A stretch of DNA of 62,749 nt, the filler included. It is 4 parts of 4 records of this genome, joined end to end, with 100 filler letters (N's around TTAATTAATTAA, not from the genome) between each part and the next. Parts side by side here need not be neighbours in the genome. Positions count along the whole stretch, not along the records: positions 28,605 to 39,518 come from SRR20825010_3747; 3 more parts are not named here. The stretch is one strand, 5' to 3'. Position numbers and translations under genes: made by a program. Of this stretch, positions 29,460-39,348 are shown in pieces. Below the pieces are notes generated by a model that worked only from the letters and a program-made list of their open reading frames with translations, had not been told where the DNA came from and searched no databases. Every line of letters starts with the position of its first letter. Position 1 is the first letter of the stretch.

Positions 29460-32012
29460 TCAAGGCGCTGCACCTCGCTGATATAGATATTGGCGCATTT
29501 TTACCGGGTCCAATGGCTTGTGCAGCACATCAAGTCCGGAGGACGCAAGCGCCCGCAGGTCTTCTGGCGCAGTTGCGCCGGTCACCACCAAAGCCTTCAG
29601 CTTGGGGTACTGCGACGAGATTCCGACATACAGGTCAAGGCCCGTTTTATTGGGGCCCAAACGGTAATCCGTTATCAACAAGTCAGGTGTGCCAAGGTCT
29701 TCCAGTGTTGCCAGGGCCGCTTCATACGAGTTGACGCCGCGAGCCGCATGGCCCCATTGCCGGAACATTTCCACCATGGCTTCCAGGCTCTCGCGGTCAT
29801 CGTCAACCACCAAGATTACCAGCCTTCGTGGACGCGCATCAACCGGCCGGGCTTTCTCGGATGCCATGCCGACAGGGCCTTCACAGGTAAATTTTTGCAT
29901 GGTGATTTGAAACCGCGTGCCCTTGCCCGGCAGGGACGAGAGCGCGATAGGCATGTCCATCAGCTTGCATAAATCGGCGACAATGGATAACCCGAGCCCA
30001 AGCCCGGCAGGGCCGCTGCTCTTTTTCTGCGACAATTGCACATAGCGATCAAATATCAGCTTTTGGTCATCAGCGCCGATACCTTTGCCATTATCCCACA
30101 CCTCAAGCACCACCGTATCGCCGCGCGGCCTTGCCCCCAGAAGCACATGCCCGCCAGGAGAAGCTTTAATGGCGTTTGTGAGCAAATTGATGGTCACACG
30201 TCTCAGGTGCTTTGGATCAGCCCAGACAAACAGGCCGCTGGGAACTATCTTGAGCGTCACATCATGCTGCGCTGCCGTAAGCTGCAGCGTAGTGCCCATG
30301 GTTTCAAAAAAGGCAGCCAGCGGTACCTTTTGCATATCGGCAACAAGCGTATTTGCCTCAAGCTGCGACGCATCCAACATTGTCTCGAGCATCTCGGACA
30401 GGGAGCCAATCAGCTTTTGCTGTTTCGCAGCGATAGCGGAAAGCGCCGGGTCCTGTGCAGCCTTATGCTGAAATGACTGATTGAAGAGGTTGAGCGCATG
30501 TACCGGCTGACGCAGGTCATGGCTGGCCGCAGAAATGAAGTTTGTTTTCTCGACGGCGCTTTTCTCCGCAACCAGTTTGGCGGCATTCGCTTCTTTAGTG
30601 CGGGTTATCACCCGGTCATCGAGCGTTTTGTTCAGTTGGCGCAGATCCCCCGCCAATTGCCGCGCACGGTCATATACAGCACGAGACTGGGCACCGAGCG
30701 CAATTGCATACCCAACGGAAAGGAACAGAAAACCAAACGGCATCAGGTCAGGGAAAGACGAAGGTCGCACATCCACGCTATGCAGATACAAAAGGCTGTC
30801 ATTGACCGCCGTGAATAGAAAAAGAGTGGTAAACAGTAGAATGGCACCTGCCCCGTCCCGTTTACGCCGCCAGGCAACAAGGATAGCCCCTTGCGAATAA
30901 AGAAGTGTCGCCAAGGCAAAAAAGATGAAGGCATCTTGCAACTGTGTGAAAAAGGACACCGGGAGCAATACAACGCTGGCAACAAAGGGTAATGACACTG
31001 CGTAAACCAGCCGCCGAACCAGGCGGGGAAATTCCTTCGGGAACATCGATGCCAGAAAGGTAAAATAAACCGCAGTAGACGAAAACAGGGTCAGATATTC
31101 CAGGGTTTTGGTACTAAAGTGCGGGAAAGCCGGAAATAACTTGAAGGGCATTGTTGTCAGCGTGGTCAAGCGCACGATCAAAACGGCAAGCAGGATACAA
31201 TACCAAAAATGCGACCACTCGGCATCCGACGACAAACTTCGGATAAAATAGGCAAGCTGAAAGGCGAGCAAGGCACAAATAGCGCCCAGCACAAAGAGAT
31301 AAGACAGGTCATACGCCTTGGCACCTTGCTCCAACCTGTCCTGAGCCGCAAAAATGGGGGGACGCAAAATACCTCCGGCGAAATGCTCAAAATTAGAGAC
31401 CGTCATCACAATCTCCACCTCTTCCTGCGCTGGTAGCGGGATGATCCGCTCCAGATAAAACGCCTGAAAACCATCCGGGGTTTCTGTTGGATGCCCGTTT
31501 CCCGCCACCTCGCGGCCATTCACCCAGATTTTATAACTGGAATACGGCGTTTGCAGCTTCAGCGCCTGACGCGGCCCACCAACAGGCAGCAACAGTTTCA
31601 ACCGGTAACTCGCCGCACCAAAGCCAACTGGCCAGTCGGGATCCGTGCTGTTTTCAGCCCTATCGTGCCAGCGGTCAGGGAAGGAGATTGTTTCGCCCCT
31701 ATAGGCGGCATCAAACCCCGCGGGGTCCACCAGCCTGCCGCGTATTACCTGCCATGGGCCCACAACCGGGACAGCGCTGTCCGCATCCCAGTCCCGCAGG
31801 TCAAGGGTGCCAGCGGCGGTATTCTGAGCAGAAACACTCGCTGCACCAAAAAACAACCCGGCGAACACAATATGAAGCATCAACCACAGAGACAAAAAGG
31901 CGCGTCGCTGACATTCAGCAAATGTGCCCGTGGACTTCTTTGATGCCTTACATACCGCCAAAGCCCGCGCCATAACCTGTTTTTTGTGATACTTACGGTA
32001 AAAAGACAGCAT
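29460..32012 (-). CDS. Hybrid sensor histidine kinase: periplasmic sugar-binding-like domain + 7TM-DISM-type TM region + HisKA/HATPase + REC
   Basis: GAASYRLKL..SYKIWVNG jelly-roll, about seven TM helices, ASHDLRQP H-box, NLLTNAIK, DNGKGI, GLGLGL, C-terminal ILVVDDD..LLITDYRL..KP receiver. Confidence 0.92.
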   Translation of the reverse strand: MLSFYRKYHKKQVMARALAVCKASKKSTGTFAECQRRAFLSLWLMLHIVFAGLFFGAASVSAQNTAAGTLDLRDWDADSAVPVVGPWQVIRGRLVDPAGFDAAYRGETISFPDRWHDRAENSTDPDWPVGFGAASYRLKLLLPVGGPRQALKLQTPYSSYKIWVNGREVAGNGHPTETPDGFQAFYLERIIPLPAQEEVEIVMTVSNFEHFAGGILRPPIFAAQDRLEQGAKAYDLSYLFVLGAICALLAFQLAYFIRSLSSDAEWSHFWYCILLAVLIVRLTTLTTMPFKLFPAFPHFSTKTLEYLTLFSSTAVYFTFLASMFPKEFPRLVRRLVYAVSLPFVASVVLLPVSFFTQLQDAFIFFALATLLYSQGAILVAWRRKRDGAGAILLFTTLFLFTAVNDSLLYLHSVDVRPSSFPDLMPFGFLFLSVGYAIALGAQSRAVYDRARQLAGDLRQLNKTLDDRVITRTKEANAAKLVAEKSAVEKTNFISAASHDLRQPVHALNLFNQSFQHKAAQDPALSAIAAKQQKLIGSLSEMLETMLDASQLEANTLVADMQKVPLAAFFETMGTTLQLTAAQHDVTLKIVPSGLFVWADPKHLRRVTINLLTNAIKASPGGHVLLGARPRGDTVVLEVWDNGKGIGADDQKLIFDRYVQLSQKKSSGPAGLGLGLSIVADLCKLMDMPIALSSLPGKGTRFQITMQKFTCEGPVGMASEKARPVDARPRRLVILVVDDDRESLEAMVEMFRQWGHAARGVNSYEAALATLEDLGTPDLLITDYRLGPNKTGLDLYVGISSQYPKLKALVVTGATAPEDLRALASSGLDVLHKPLDPVKMRQYLYQRGAAP

Positions 32013-32082
32013 AGATCAATTTCCCGGTTGTAGTGAATTGCTTTTTGCCGTCTGGTAAAGCTTCACAAAAACCGGGGCATAT

Positions 32083-32709
32083 ATGCCGACTGGCCTAGCC
32101 AAGATATTGATTGCGGATGACCATGCCCTGATAAGAGAGGGTATGGTATCCCTGCTGTCGCGCCTTGATAATATTGGCACCATTTCAGAAGCCGCCGACG
32201 GGAAAACCGCACTGAGTATATTGCAATCTGTCCCTATCAACCTTGCCATTCTGGACATCCACCTGCCCGGCTTGACCGGGCTAGATGTTGCGCGGGAGGT
32301 CAGAAACCGCAGCCTGGATATTCGCCTGATGCTCATGACCGGCGATATCAGCGAAGAGTTGGCCACATCTGCGATCAGGGAGCTATCGCTCGAGGCATAT
32401 CTGTTCAAAAAAAATGACATGCGCCAGTTCGAAACTGCGGTCAAAGCCGTGTTGACAGGCAACGTCTTTTTCCCACCGGAATTAGCCCTTGCCGATACCG
32501 GCGAAGCCACCAGCACCAATTCCTTGAGCGTGCGAGAACGCCAGGTGGTGAAACTCATCGCGGAAGGGCACACGTCAGAATCTGCTGCAAATGTTTTAGG
32601 CATAAGTCCTCACACCGTTCGAAAGCACCGGGAAAATATCAAGCGCAAGTTGGGCCTGGGCACTGTTGCCGAGCTTTCATCTTATGCAATGCGCAACCAG
32701 TTCCTCTGA
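32083..32709 (+). CDS. NarL/FixJ-family response regulator (REC + LuxR HTH)
   Basis: ILIADDH, AILDIHLPGLTG, LSVRERQVVKLIAEG..ISPHTVRKHRENIKRKLG; divergent from the kinase across 70 bp. Confidence 0.95.
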   Translation: MPTGLAKILIADDHALIREGMVSLLSRLDNIGTISEAADGKTALSILQSVPINLAILDIHLPGLTGLDVAREVRNRSLDIRLMLMTGDISEELATSAIRELSLEAYLFKKNDMRQFETAVKAVLTGNVFFPPELALADTGEATSTNSLSVRERQVVKLIAEGHTSESAANVLGISPHTVRKHRENIKRKLGLGTVAELSSYAMRNQFL

Positions 32710-32746
32710 ACTTCACGGCATTCTGAAGTGCCGTTGTGATTTGTAA

Positions 32747-32764
32747 ATACGCACATCTGCGTAT
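32747..32764. promoter_or_regulatory. Inverted repeat ATACGCA-N4-TGCGTAT, candidate operator for the response regulator
   Basis: Perfect 7-4-7 palindrome ending 64 bp before the first gene of the exported-protein operon. Confidence 0.6.
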
Positions 32765-32828
32765 GTACCTGCGCGCGCATGGCTTCCACTATACAGGCAG
32801 AGTTACGGATTAAGTCTCAGGAGCCGCT

Positions 32829-33551
32829 ATGCCTCGACTGCACCATTTCACACCCGCCAAGCTGGCTGCGGCGCTGTTCATCATAGCCGGGTTGATGCTT
32901 CAGCCCCTGATGGGGGCGTCGCCAGTTGCAGCATTCGACGACGTCAAAAAAATCAAGGCCCCAAAGGCCAAGAAGCGCCCAAGCCTTTCTTATAGACCCA
33001 ATTCCGTTCGGGGGGCGCTGAAATATAATGCTCGCGTCGGAATCCTGACCCTCCGGGACGCACGGGTGATGAAGTTCTTCGGCGGAACGGACGATTTTTT
33101 TGCCGAACCCGCGCCACAGGCAATCGGTGACAATCTCTATTTTGAAATGAAATCCAGCCGGCTCTTCAAATCCACGAAGCGCATTGACTGGACCCCCGGC
33201 ACCGAGCTTTCCAACACGCAATTGGCACAGATTGCCAAGCAAAATGGCGTTGATCTGATTTTTGTCGCTGACCTCCAGGCCTTCAATATGCTGCGCGAAA
33301 AAATGGTGTTGGAGAAAAAAGGTGTCGATTACAAAATCATCGTTCGCTTTGGCCTGTTCGGTCAATTGATCGACCCCGGCACCGGGAAAATCCTTTGGGC
33401 AGAGCAGGTCTCCCGCGAATTCAGCGGGTTGAACTCAACGGGCAGAATCAAGCCATATGACTATAGCGGAAACGCGCTTCAGGCCATGCAGGCAGGCTTT
33501 GACGATGTGAAAAAATATATTCGCGCTACAGGACTGGAGTACAGGCCATGA
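32829..33551 (+). CDS. Exported protein, possible CsgG/FlgT/LpoB/DUF799-like alpha/beta fold
   Basis: Signal peptide; VGILTL, IAKQNGVDLIFV and LIDPGTGKILW pattern recalled for this fold group; AGGAG RBS. Confidence 0.7.
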   Translation: MPRLHHFTPAKLAAALFIIAGLMLQPLMGASPVAAFDDVKKIKAPKAKKRPSLSYRPNSVRGALKYNARVGILTLRDARVMKFFGGTDDFFAEPAPQAIGDNLYFEMKSSRLFKSTKRIDWTPGTELSNTQLAQIAKQNGVDLIFVADLQAFNMLREKMVLEKKGVDYKIIVRFGLFGQLIDPGTGKILWAEQVSREFSGLNSTGRIKPYDYSGNALQAMQAGFDDVKKYIRATGLEYRP

Positions 33552-34129
33552 AGAAACAGTTCTCGCTTCTTGCAGCCATTATATTTGCAACAGCCGCAAC
33601 ATTCACACCGCGCACCGCTTTTGCTGACGACGATTTCCTCGACAGCATTTCCCAGCAACTTCGTTTCCGGGAGGCCTACTCCTACCGCTACAAGGTAGAA
33701 CAGCGCAGCGTAGCGGTTGGTGTGGAGACCTTTGGCAAAAAAGAACAGCAACGCATACTGGGCGATAAAACTGGCGATTTTGTTACGCTGGATGTCGCCG
33801 TCACGAACGACACACCAATACGGGTTCACCTGAACGATATTTATGTGGTCTCAAAAGGCAAACCAGCGCGTCAGCAAGACCTGAATTTCGTAGTTAAGGA
33901 TGTCGGTCCGGGCGGCGGAGGCAAAGGCAACCTGCGCATGTCAATTCTGCGCAAGAACCTTTTTGAGAAATCCCTCCATACGGGCGTGATCGAGCCGGGC
34001 GAAACAGTTCAGGGCATCGTTTTCATCAAGAAAAAACACCTGAGGAAATCCGGCACGCTTCATGTCCGTGTCCAGAACCTGCGGCAAGTGGCGTATCTGT
34101 CTTATAAAATTCCATTCCGTGTTGAATAA
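33548..34129 (+). CDS. Exported protein, DUF4352-like Ig fold
   Basis: Signal peptide ending AFA-D; FVTLDVAVTN...IEPGETVQGIVF pattern; ATGA overlap with the previous gene. Confidence 0.7.
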   Translation: MKKQFSLLAAIIFATAATFTPRTAFADDDFLDSISQQLRFREAYSYRYKVEQRSVAVGVETFGKKEQQRILGDKTGDFVTLDVAVTNDTPIRVHLNDIYVVSKGKPARQQDLNFVVKDVGPGGGGKGNLRMSILRKNLFEKSLHTGVIEPGETVQGIVFIKKKHLRKSGTLHVRVQNLRQVAYLSYKIPFRVE

Positions 34130-34141
34130 AGGGGTACTTGG

Positions 34142-34942
34142 GTGACGAAGTTTTCATGCCATAAAAAGGCTGCCTGCGTCCTTGCGGGTATCCTGTTTTG
34201 CTATGGTGTGCCCGTGGGGGCGCACGACTACGGCACAGCAAGCGCTCAACAGCCCGCCTCCCTGCCCGCACCTGAATCGACCGCAATCAACCAAAGCGCT
34301 TTCACGCGGGCTGTCGCGGCAGGGGCGTTGCGAAACCAGGCATTGGTACAGTGGCGATCCTTCCAGCAAACGGGCGATGATGCCAGCCTCGCCAGCACAC
34401 TCAAATACCTCGCCGAGGCGATAGCGCTGGCACCCGACAGCAAAGCCACCTGGCAATTGGCCGCGCGAGTTCATTATTCGCTAAAATATATTCCTGACTT
34501 TAAGGTCGAAACCGTCAACAGCCTTGAAAAACTCGCGCAGCTGGACCCTGAGAACCTTTCTTCGCGCATTCTGTTGGTGGATGAGCTTATTTCCTTGGCG
34601 GAATGGCAGCGTGCTATCCTTCATCTGGAAGCCATATTCAGCATCAACCAGCCAATTGCCGTTGATACAGTGCTTGACCGAATGGTCCTCTGTTACCTGA
34701 AAGCAGAATGGCAAGAACGCGGCGCCGCCTTTTTTCGCGATCAGCTCGCCACGGCCTATGTGAAGGAACCTCTGTTGATTTCAGGCGCTGTCATGGAACG
34801 GCGCATGGGGGACAATACCGCCGCATACGCAAGCTTGGGGCAAGTTCTGTTCAGCCAGACAGCGAGCAGGCCTATGCGGGCGAAAGCGCGGCAACTCAAG
34901 ACCTTCTGGCAGGAAATCGACACCCCCCCAGTGAGGAGCTAA
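34142..34942 (+). CDS. Exported TPR-like protein
   Basis: Signal-like N-terminus; helical repeats AIALAPDSKATWQLAARV and LAQLDPENLSSRILL. Confidence 0.78.
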   Translation: MTKFSCHKKAACVLAGILFCYGVPVGAHDYGTASAQQPASLPAPESTAINQSAFTRAVAAGALRNQALVQWRSFQQTGDDASLASTLKYLAEAIALAPDSKATWQLAARVHYSLKYIPDFKVETVNSLEKLAQLDPENLSSRILLVDELISLAEWQRAILHLEAIFSINQPIAVDTVLDRMVLCYLKAEWQERGAAFFRDQLATAYVKEPLLISGAVMERRMGDNTAAYASLGQVLFSQTASRPMRAKARQLKTFWQEIDTPPVRS

Positions 34943-34946
34943 CGCA

Positions 34947-36662
34947 ATGAAAAAACCGGCTTTTCTTGAACCTTGGTTCTCCACACAGCGCGCTAGAGCA
35001 TTAACTGCCAGTATTATTCTGTGTACTGGCCTCCCTGCCACAGCAGCGGCTGCACTGGAAACGCAAACAACAATCAGCAGTGCCACTTCCGCACAACAAA
35101 CAGGCCCCAAAAACACAACGAACAAATCTGCCGGGAAAAAAACCGCCGAGAAAGAAGATGACGACGAGAAAAGCAAGGCCGAGAGCTTTCAGGAAAATCT
35201 TGAAACCGCAAAAGAAGCTTACGAGAAGGTCGGCGCCGAGATACTGGACGGCAATTATGGCAAGGCACTAGACGGTGCCGCTGACATGGCCAAAGACAAA
35301 TTGATCGAAAAGGCAGAAGATGCACTCAAGAAAAAGAATGAAAATTTATACAAGGCTTACAAACACGGCAAGGACATCAAGGATGACGTGCTGAAAGGCG
35401 ATTACCTGGCTGCATGGGATAAAACCAAAGACGCCGCCTATGACGAAGCCAAGGACTATGTACAGGACAAAGTGATTGAAAAGGTAATTCCCGGCTATGG
35501 TCAATTGAAAGGGGCATGGGATGCGGGCTACGCCACCGGTGAGCTTGTAGGGCAGATACCTATTTCAGCCGACGGCAGAACGGTGAACAGCATGGCAGAA
35601 GCACAAATGCGCCAGAAATTCTTTGGCGCGCAAGATCACGCAACCTCCAAACAGGAAGCCTACAACGAGATAATTCTGGCGTTGGTCGCAAGCGTCAAGA
35701 AAGGCGAATACAAGCTGCCCGACTATATGACCTTCAGCGATGCGCGCGAGATCATTCAGGAAAACATAGACGGTGACCGGCCAGTTTTTGAAGGGTTCAA
35801 AGCCTGGGCTGCGAATGAGCTGAGGGACGAGGATGTTGTCGGTCCAGTCGCCGCGCCACCTGCCAGCCCGGCAGTGACGCCTGAAACGCTGCCCGCCACG
35901 CTGGCCACACACACGCCACCCGATACCACACCCGGCGCCACACCCGACGCCACACCGGCGCCACACCCTGAACCGGTCGAGGAAGACCCGTGGGCGTTGG
36001 ACCCGGCACCGCGACAGGTGATGCCAGCGGCTGAAAACAGCGAGTTCCCATCCCAGCAGGCGGCCCAACCCCCAGCCCAGCCCTCAGCCCAGCCTGAAGA
36101 AGACATCTGGGCCACCGACGACCCCGGTGACAGCGATTTTGTCGAGGCAGAAAGATACCGCCTGCAACAACAGCTCGAGGCAGAGAAAGAGCATGCCCGG
36201 GCGATTGCAGACAGTGCAAGTTACCAGAAATTCGCCGCAGCCGAAGCAGAGCGCGAGGAAGAAGCGCGCAGGAAAGCCGAAAAATCCCGCAAACTTCGGG
36301 AGGGCATGAATGCGCTGGCGCAAGGGCTTGGCCAGATCGCACAGCAAATCCAGCACGCTCAACAAGGTGGCACCCCGCCGCAGGCGACATCAGGCTCAAC
36401 CAGCGCTTCGGGGAAACGCACCTACACCGCCGCAGAAAAGGCCGCTGCCATCTATCAGGCATGCGTGCAACGCACAGGCGACCAAAAAGGATGTCGCAGC
36501 ATGGCTGGCACAGGCGCCAAGCTGGACAATGATTTGTCTCAGGGCAAAATTCCCATGGACTTCATCAAAAAACTCTGCCGCGACGCGGCAGACAGCAACA
36601 AAAACTATGAGCGTTGCGTCTCAGACAAGGTTGCAGAAATGAAACGGCGGATGGGTCAATGA
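34947..36662 (+). CDS. Large exported hypothetical protein (helical N-domain, Pro/Thr linker, coiled coil, four-Cys C-terminus)
   Basis: 571-aa ORF with GAGG RBS and signal peptide; Lys/Asp-rich helical repeats; TPGA-TPDA-TPAP linker; two C-terminal Cys pairs. Confidence 0.8.
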   Translation: MKKPAFLEPWFSTQRARALTASIILCTGLPATAAAALETQTTISSATSAQQTGPKNTTNKSAGKKTAEKEDDDEKSKAESFQENLETAKEAYEKVGAEILDGNYGKALDGAADMAKDKLIEKAEDALKKKNENLYKAYKHGKDIKDDVLKGDYLAAWDKTKDAAYDEAKDYVQDKVIEKVIPGYGQLKGAWDAGYATGELVGQIPISADGRTVNSMAEAQMRQKFFGAQDHATSKQEAYNEIILALVASVKKGEYKLPDYMTFSDAREIIQENIDGDRPVFEGFKAWAANELRDEDVVGPVAAPPASPAVTPETLPATLATHTPPDTTPGATPDATPAPHPEPVEEDPWALDPAPRQVMPAAENSEFPSQQAAQPPAQPSAQPEEDIWATDDPGDSDFVEAERYRLQQQLEAEKEHARAIADSASYQKFAAAEAEREEEARRKAEKSRKLREGMNALAQGLGQIAQQIQHAQQGGTPPQATSGSTSASGKRTYTAAEKAAAIYQACVQRTGDQKGCRSMAGTGAKLDNDLSQGKIPMDFIKKLCRDAADSNKNYERCVSDKVAEMKRRMGQ

Positions 36663-37165
36663 GAACACCTGACCGCATCTGCCGCCTTTGCGGTGACCCG
36701 GGCATGAAACCCGAAAGTCGAGACTGGACAGGCATGGAAACAACCGTCACCTACGCATGCCCAGGCTGTGACAACACCGTCAAGTTTAATGCCCTTAGCC
36801 AGGCCGGGTTAATGTCGGCGCTTGGGCTGATTGTGCTCGCGATCGTGACATTCTTCATGGTGGAAAGTCCGGGTATGTGGGAAACCAGCGATTTTCTGAT
36901 TTATGGCGGAATTCTATTGGCATGTGCATACGTGCCCCTGAACATTTTACTGCCCCACTGGCGCTACCCTATATCCCCTGAAGGCGGAAAACGCGCGCCG
37001 GTGACGCCTGACGACAACAGCCTCCACCAAAGCACAAGCGACCCGCTCAGGCGCAAGATCATCGAATTTGAACGTCACGGGTTCTGGCGCGGGTTTTTAA
37101 CCCCCATCGTTTTCATCGTTATCGTTCTGGCCGCTGCCACGCTTATTGGCATGCTGACTTTTTGA
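36659..37165 (+). CDS. Zinc-ribbon (CxxC...CxxC) membrane protein
   Basis: ATG 36659 overlaps the previous TGA (ATGA); CRLC and CPGC, then three hydrophobic helices. Confidence 0.78.
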   Translation: MRTPDRICRLCGDPGMKPESRDWTGMETTVTYACPGCDNTVKFNALSQAGLMSALGLIVLAIVTFFMVESPGMWETSDFLIYGGILLACAYVPLNILLPHWRYPISPEGGKRAPVTPDDNSLHQSTSDPLRRKIIEFERHGFWRGFLTPIVFIVIVLAAATLIGMLTF

Positions 37166-37223
37166 GAAGCTGCCTTTTTGGTAGCACGCTCCTTTCGCCT
37201 CTCTCTAACTAAAGGTCGTCTCA

Positions 37224-38858
37224 ATGTTTTGTCGGGTTTTGCATATATTGGCTTCTTTCAGCATTATTTTTTTGCTGCCATCGCCACAGGCCGCCGCACA
37301 GTCACCTGACTGGGAAAGCGTATTTTCCGAGTGGAGCAAGAACCACCCCGAACAGGTACAACTATGGGAAAAGGCCAAACAAGACGCAGAAAAAAACGAG
37401 AAGCGGATCAAGGATCTCTCCGACAAGGCCTTCCAGCAGTCTTTTGACGCTGTTTTCGGCAAGGATGTATACAAGCCGTCGGAAGCACTGGGGGTGATGA
37501 AAGCGTTGGAGGCGGCATCGGCAGGCGACTTTCATGCCGCGGGGGAAACCACGAACGCCCTGTTGATCAGCCGCTATATGCCGGTGTTGGGGCAATATAT
37601 TACGGCCATGAACACTCTGGCATCAGGCATACGGTCTGCAGAACAGGTCTGGATAAAAGGGCTGGAGGAAACGCCGGCCTATGAGCGCTTCATAACCATC
37701 TATGCCGAGCGCAAGGCAGGCCGCGGCGCTTATATCCCCAGCTATATGATTACCTATCTGCGCAACAACAAGCTGCTGGGCGGCGAGATCACAAAAATAT
37801 ACAACGACATGCGCGCACGGGAAGACCGCATGTTTGAACGCTGGCAAAGCGACACCTTTGAGATTGAACGTTTGCGGCTCGCCCCTTGGGCATCGCAGTG
37901 GCGGTCAGCCCGTGGCAAGGTGCCGGACCCGCGCCAGATGTTTAACTATTTCCTCTATAATCTGGTCAAGGATGCCAAGCATGTATATCTGGAGCGCTTC
38001 ACCGATGAATATATACGCCCCCTTATCCGCCGGGAGGCCTACAATCAGGAACAGAAGATCGCCCACACCATGGCAGCTGCGCTGCAGAGCATTTCAGCTC
38101 AGGCAGCCTCCGGCGACAACCCGGCTGCGCAGTGTGCCGCCCATGCCAGATCATATCAGGAAAACATAGCTGCCATGAGCGGTAAGAAGCGGGAAATTCT
38201 GTCATTTTATAGCCGCGTAAAAACCGCCTACACACGAAAGTTTGACTCCTACCTCCGATCAGACAACGCCATTCAGGCGGAGCGGCGGCGGCCATTGGAA
38301 GAAGAGAAAGAACGGCTGGAGGCCGACCACAAAAAGGCACTCGCCCTGAAGGAAGAGGCCGATAGGCTAGACGAGCGCCTTCGCAGCATGGGCAGCGAGA
38401 TTTCAAGCATGCGGGCCGTACTCCCCCCCACATCGGATACAAGCGCCCACAACGCGGCGATCTCCTCGCTGAATGCGAAAATCAGCAGCTACAACAGCTT
38501 TCGCTCAAGCGAGTATCTGCCTGCAAAAAGGGCTGCTGACGCAGCGGGCGAAGCCTATAACGAAGCGGCAGACGCCCATGACGCCAAGCAGGAAGCTTTT
38601 TACGGGGACAAAGTGATCGACAGCCAAAACCAGCGTCTGGTCCGCCAGTTCACCCGCATCAGAAAGTCGATGGAATATTTCAACGCGCCGCAACGAACCT
38701 GCCTCAATTTCGCGAAAGTCGCAATGGAGGACAATATGCAGCAACTGATCGGCATGGACCCCGCGCCGGGCATCGCCATGTGCAATGTCTGGGAAACCCA
38801 TCGTCAAGCCGCCTTGAAAAGTGGCAAAGCTAGTCAGGCTGACAACTGTGGCAAATAA
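37224..38858 (+). CDS. Large exported hypothetical protein with long coiled coil
   Basis: 544-aa ORF; signal peptide ending AAA-Q; heptad-rich C-terminal half with several Cys. Confidence 0.8.
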   Translation: MFCRVLHILASFSIIFLLPSPQAAAQSPDWESVFSEWSKNHPEQVQLWEKAKQDAEKNEKRIKDLSDKAFQQSFDAVFGKDVYKPSEALGVMKALEAASAGDFHAAGETTNALLISRYMPVLGQYITAMNTLASGIRSAEQVWIKGLEETPAYERFITIYAERKAGRGAYIPSYMITYLRNNKLLGGEITKIYNDMRAREDRMFERWQSDTFEIERLRLAPWASQWRSARGKVPDPRQMFNYFLYNLVKDAKHVYLERFTDEYIRPLIRREAYNQEQKIAHTMAAALQSISAQAASGDNPAAQCAAHARSYQENIAAMSGKKREILSFYSRVKTAYTRKFDSYLRSDNAIQAERRRPLEEEKERLEADHKKALALKEEADRLDERLRSMGSEISSMRAVLPPTSDTSAHNAAISSLNAKISSYNSFRSSEYLPAKRAADAAGEAYNEAADAHDAKQEAFYGDKVIDSQNQRLVRQFTRIRKSMEYFNAPQRTCLNFAKVAMEDNMQQLIGMDPAPGIAMCNVWETHRQAALKSGKASQADNCGK

Positions 38859-39348
38859 CGGTAGGTATACGCCCCCGGTTGGCGAGATGGAAACTTTGAA
38901 CTTTGTATCAGACATGTCTGCTTTTGCCCCCTACTCGGACAAACACACTCCAAAACAGGAAACGGCACTTATTCCCCGTCAGCGCATCGCCGAGAATGGG
39001 AACTCGGATGACGAAACGGCGCAATCATTTTACAGGGCGCATCGGGACCAATATATCCCCCTCTCGCTCATAATTGGTTTCGCAACCAAATTCGTCCCGA
39101 CCAATAGCAAGCTGCTCTCAAAATTAACCGAAGCCTCGCTCGCCAGAGCGGTAAAAAGTGCCTCCGAAACCGAATATCTCGGCCTACCTGGCCATCGTCG
39201 TTTGCAGTGCATCAGCTTCAAGGCTCTTGGCCGCTTAAAGGACTCACTTAGCTGCCCACACAACGGGACAAAAATCCCCCGCATAGACCCAATATTATGG
39301 CAAACAGCCCTGTCTAGCGTCACCGGCAGCTGGCAGTAGCGATCAAAC

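Noticed and set aside
38821-39339. 172-aa ORF (+) and antisense 97-aa ORF near the right end
   Set aside because: Overlaps the previous gene, has no recognisable domain or clear RBS; probably non-coding or decayed DNA.
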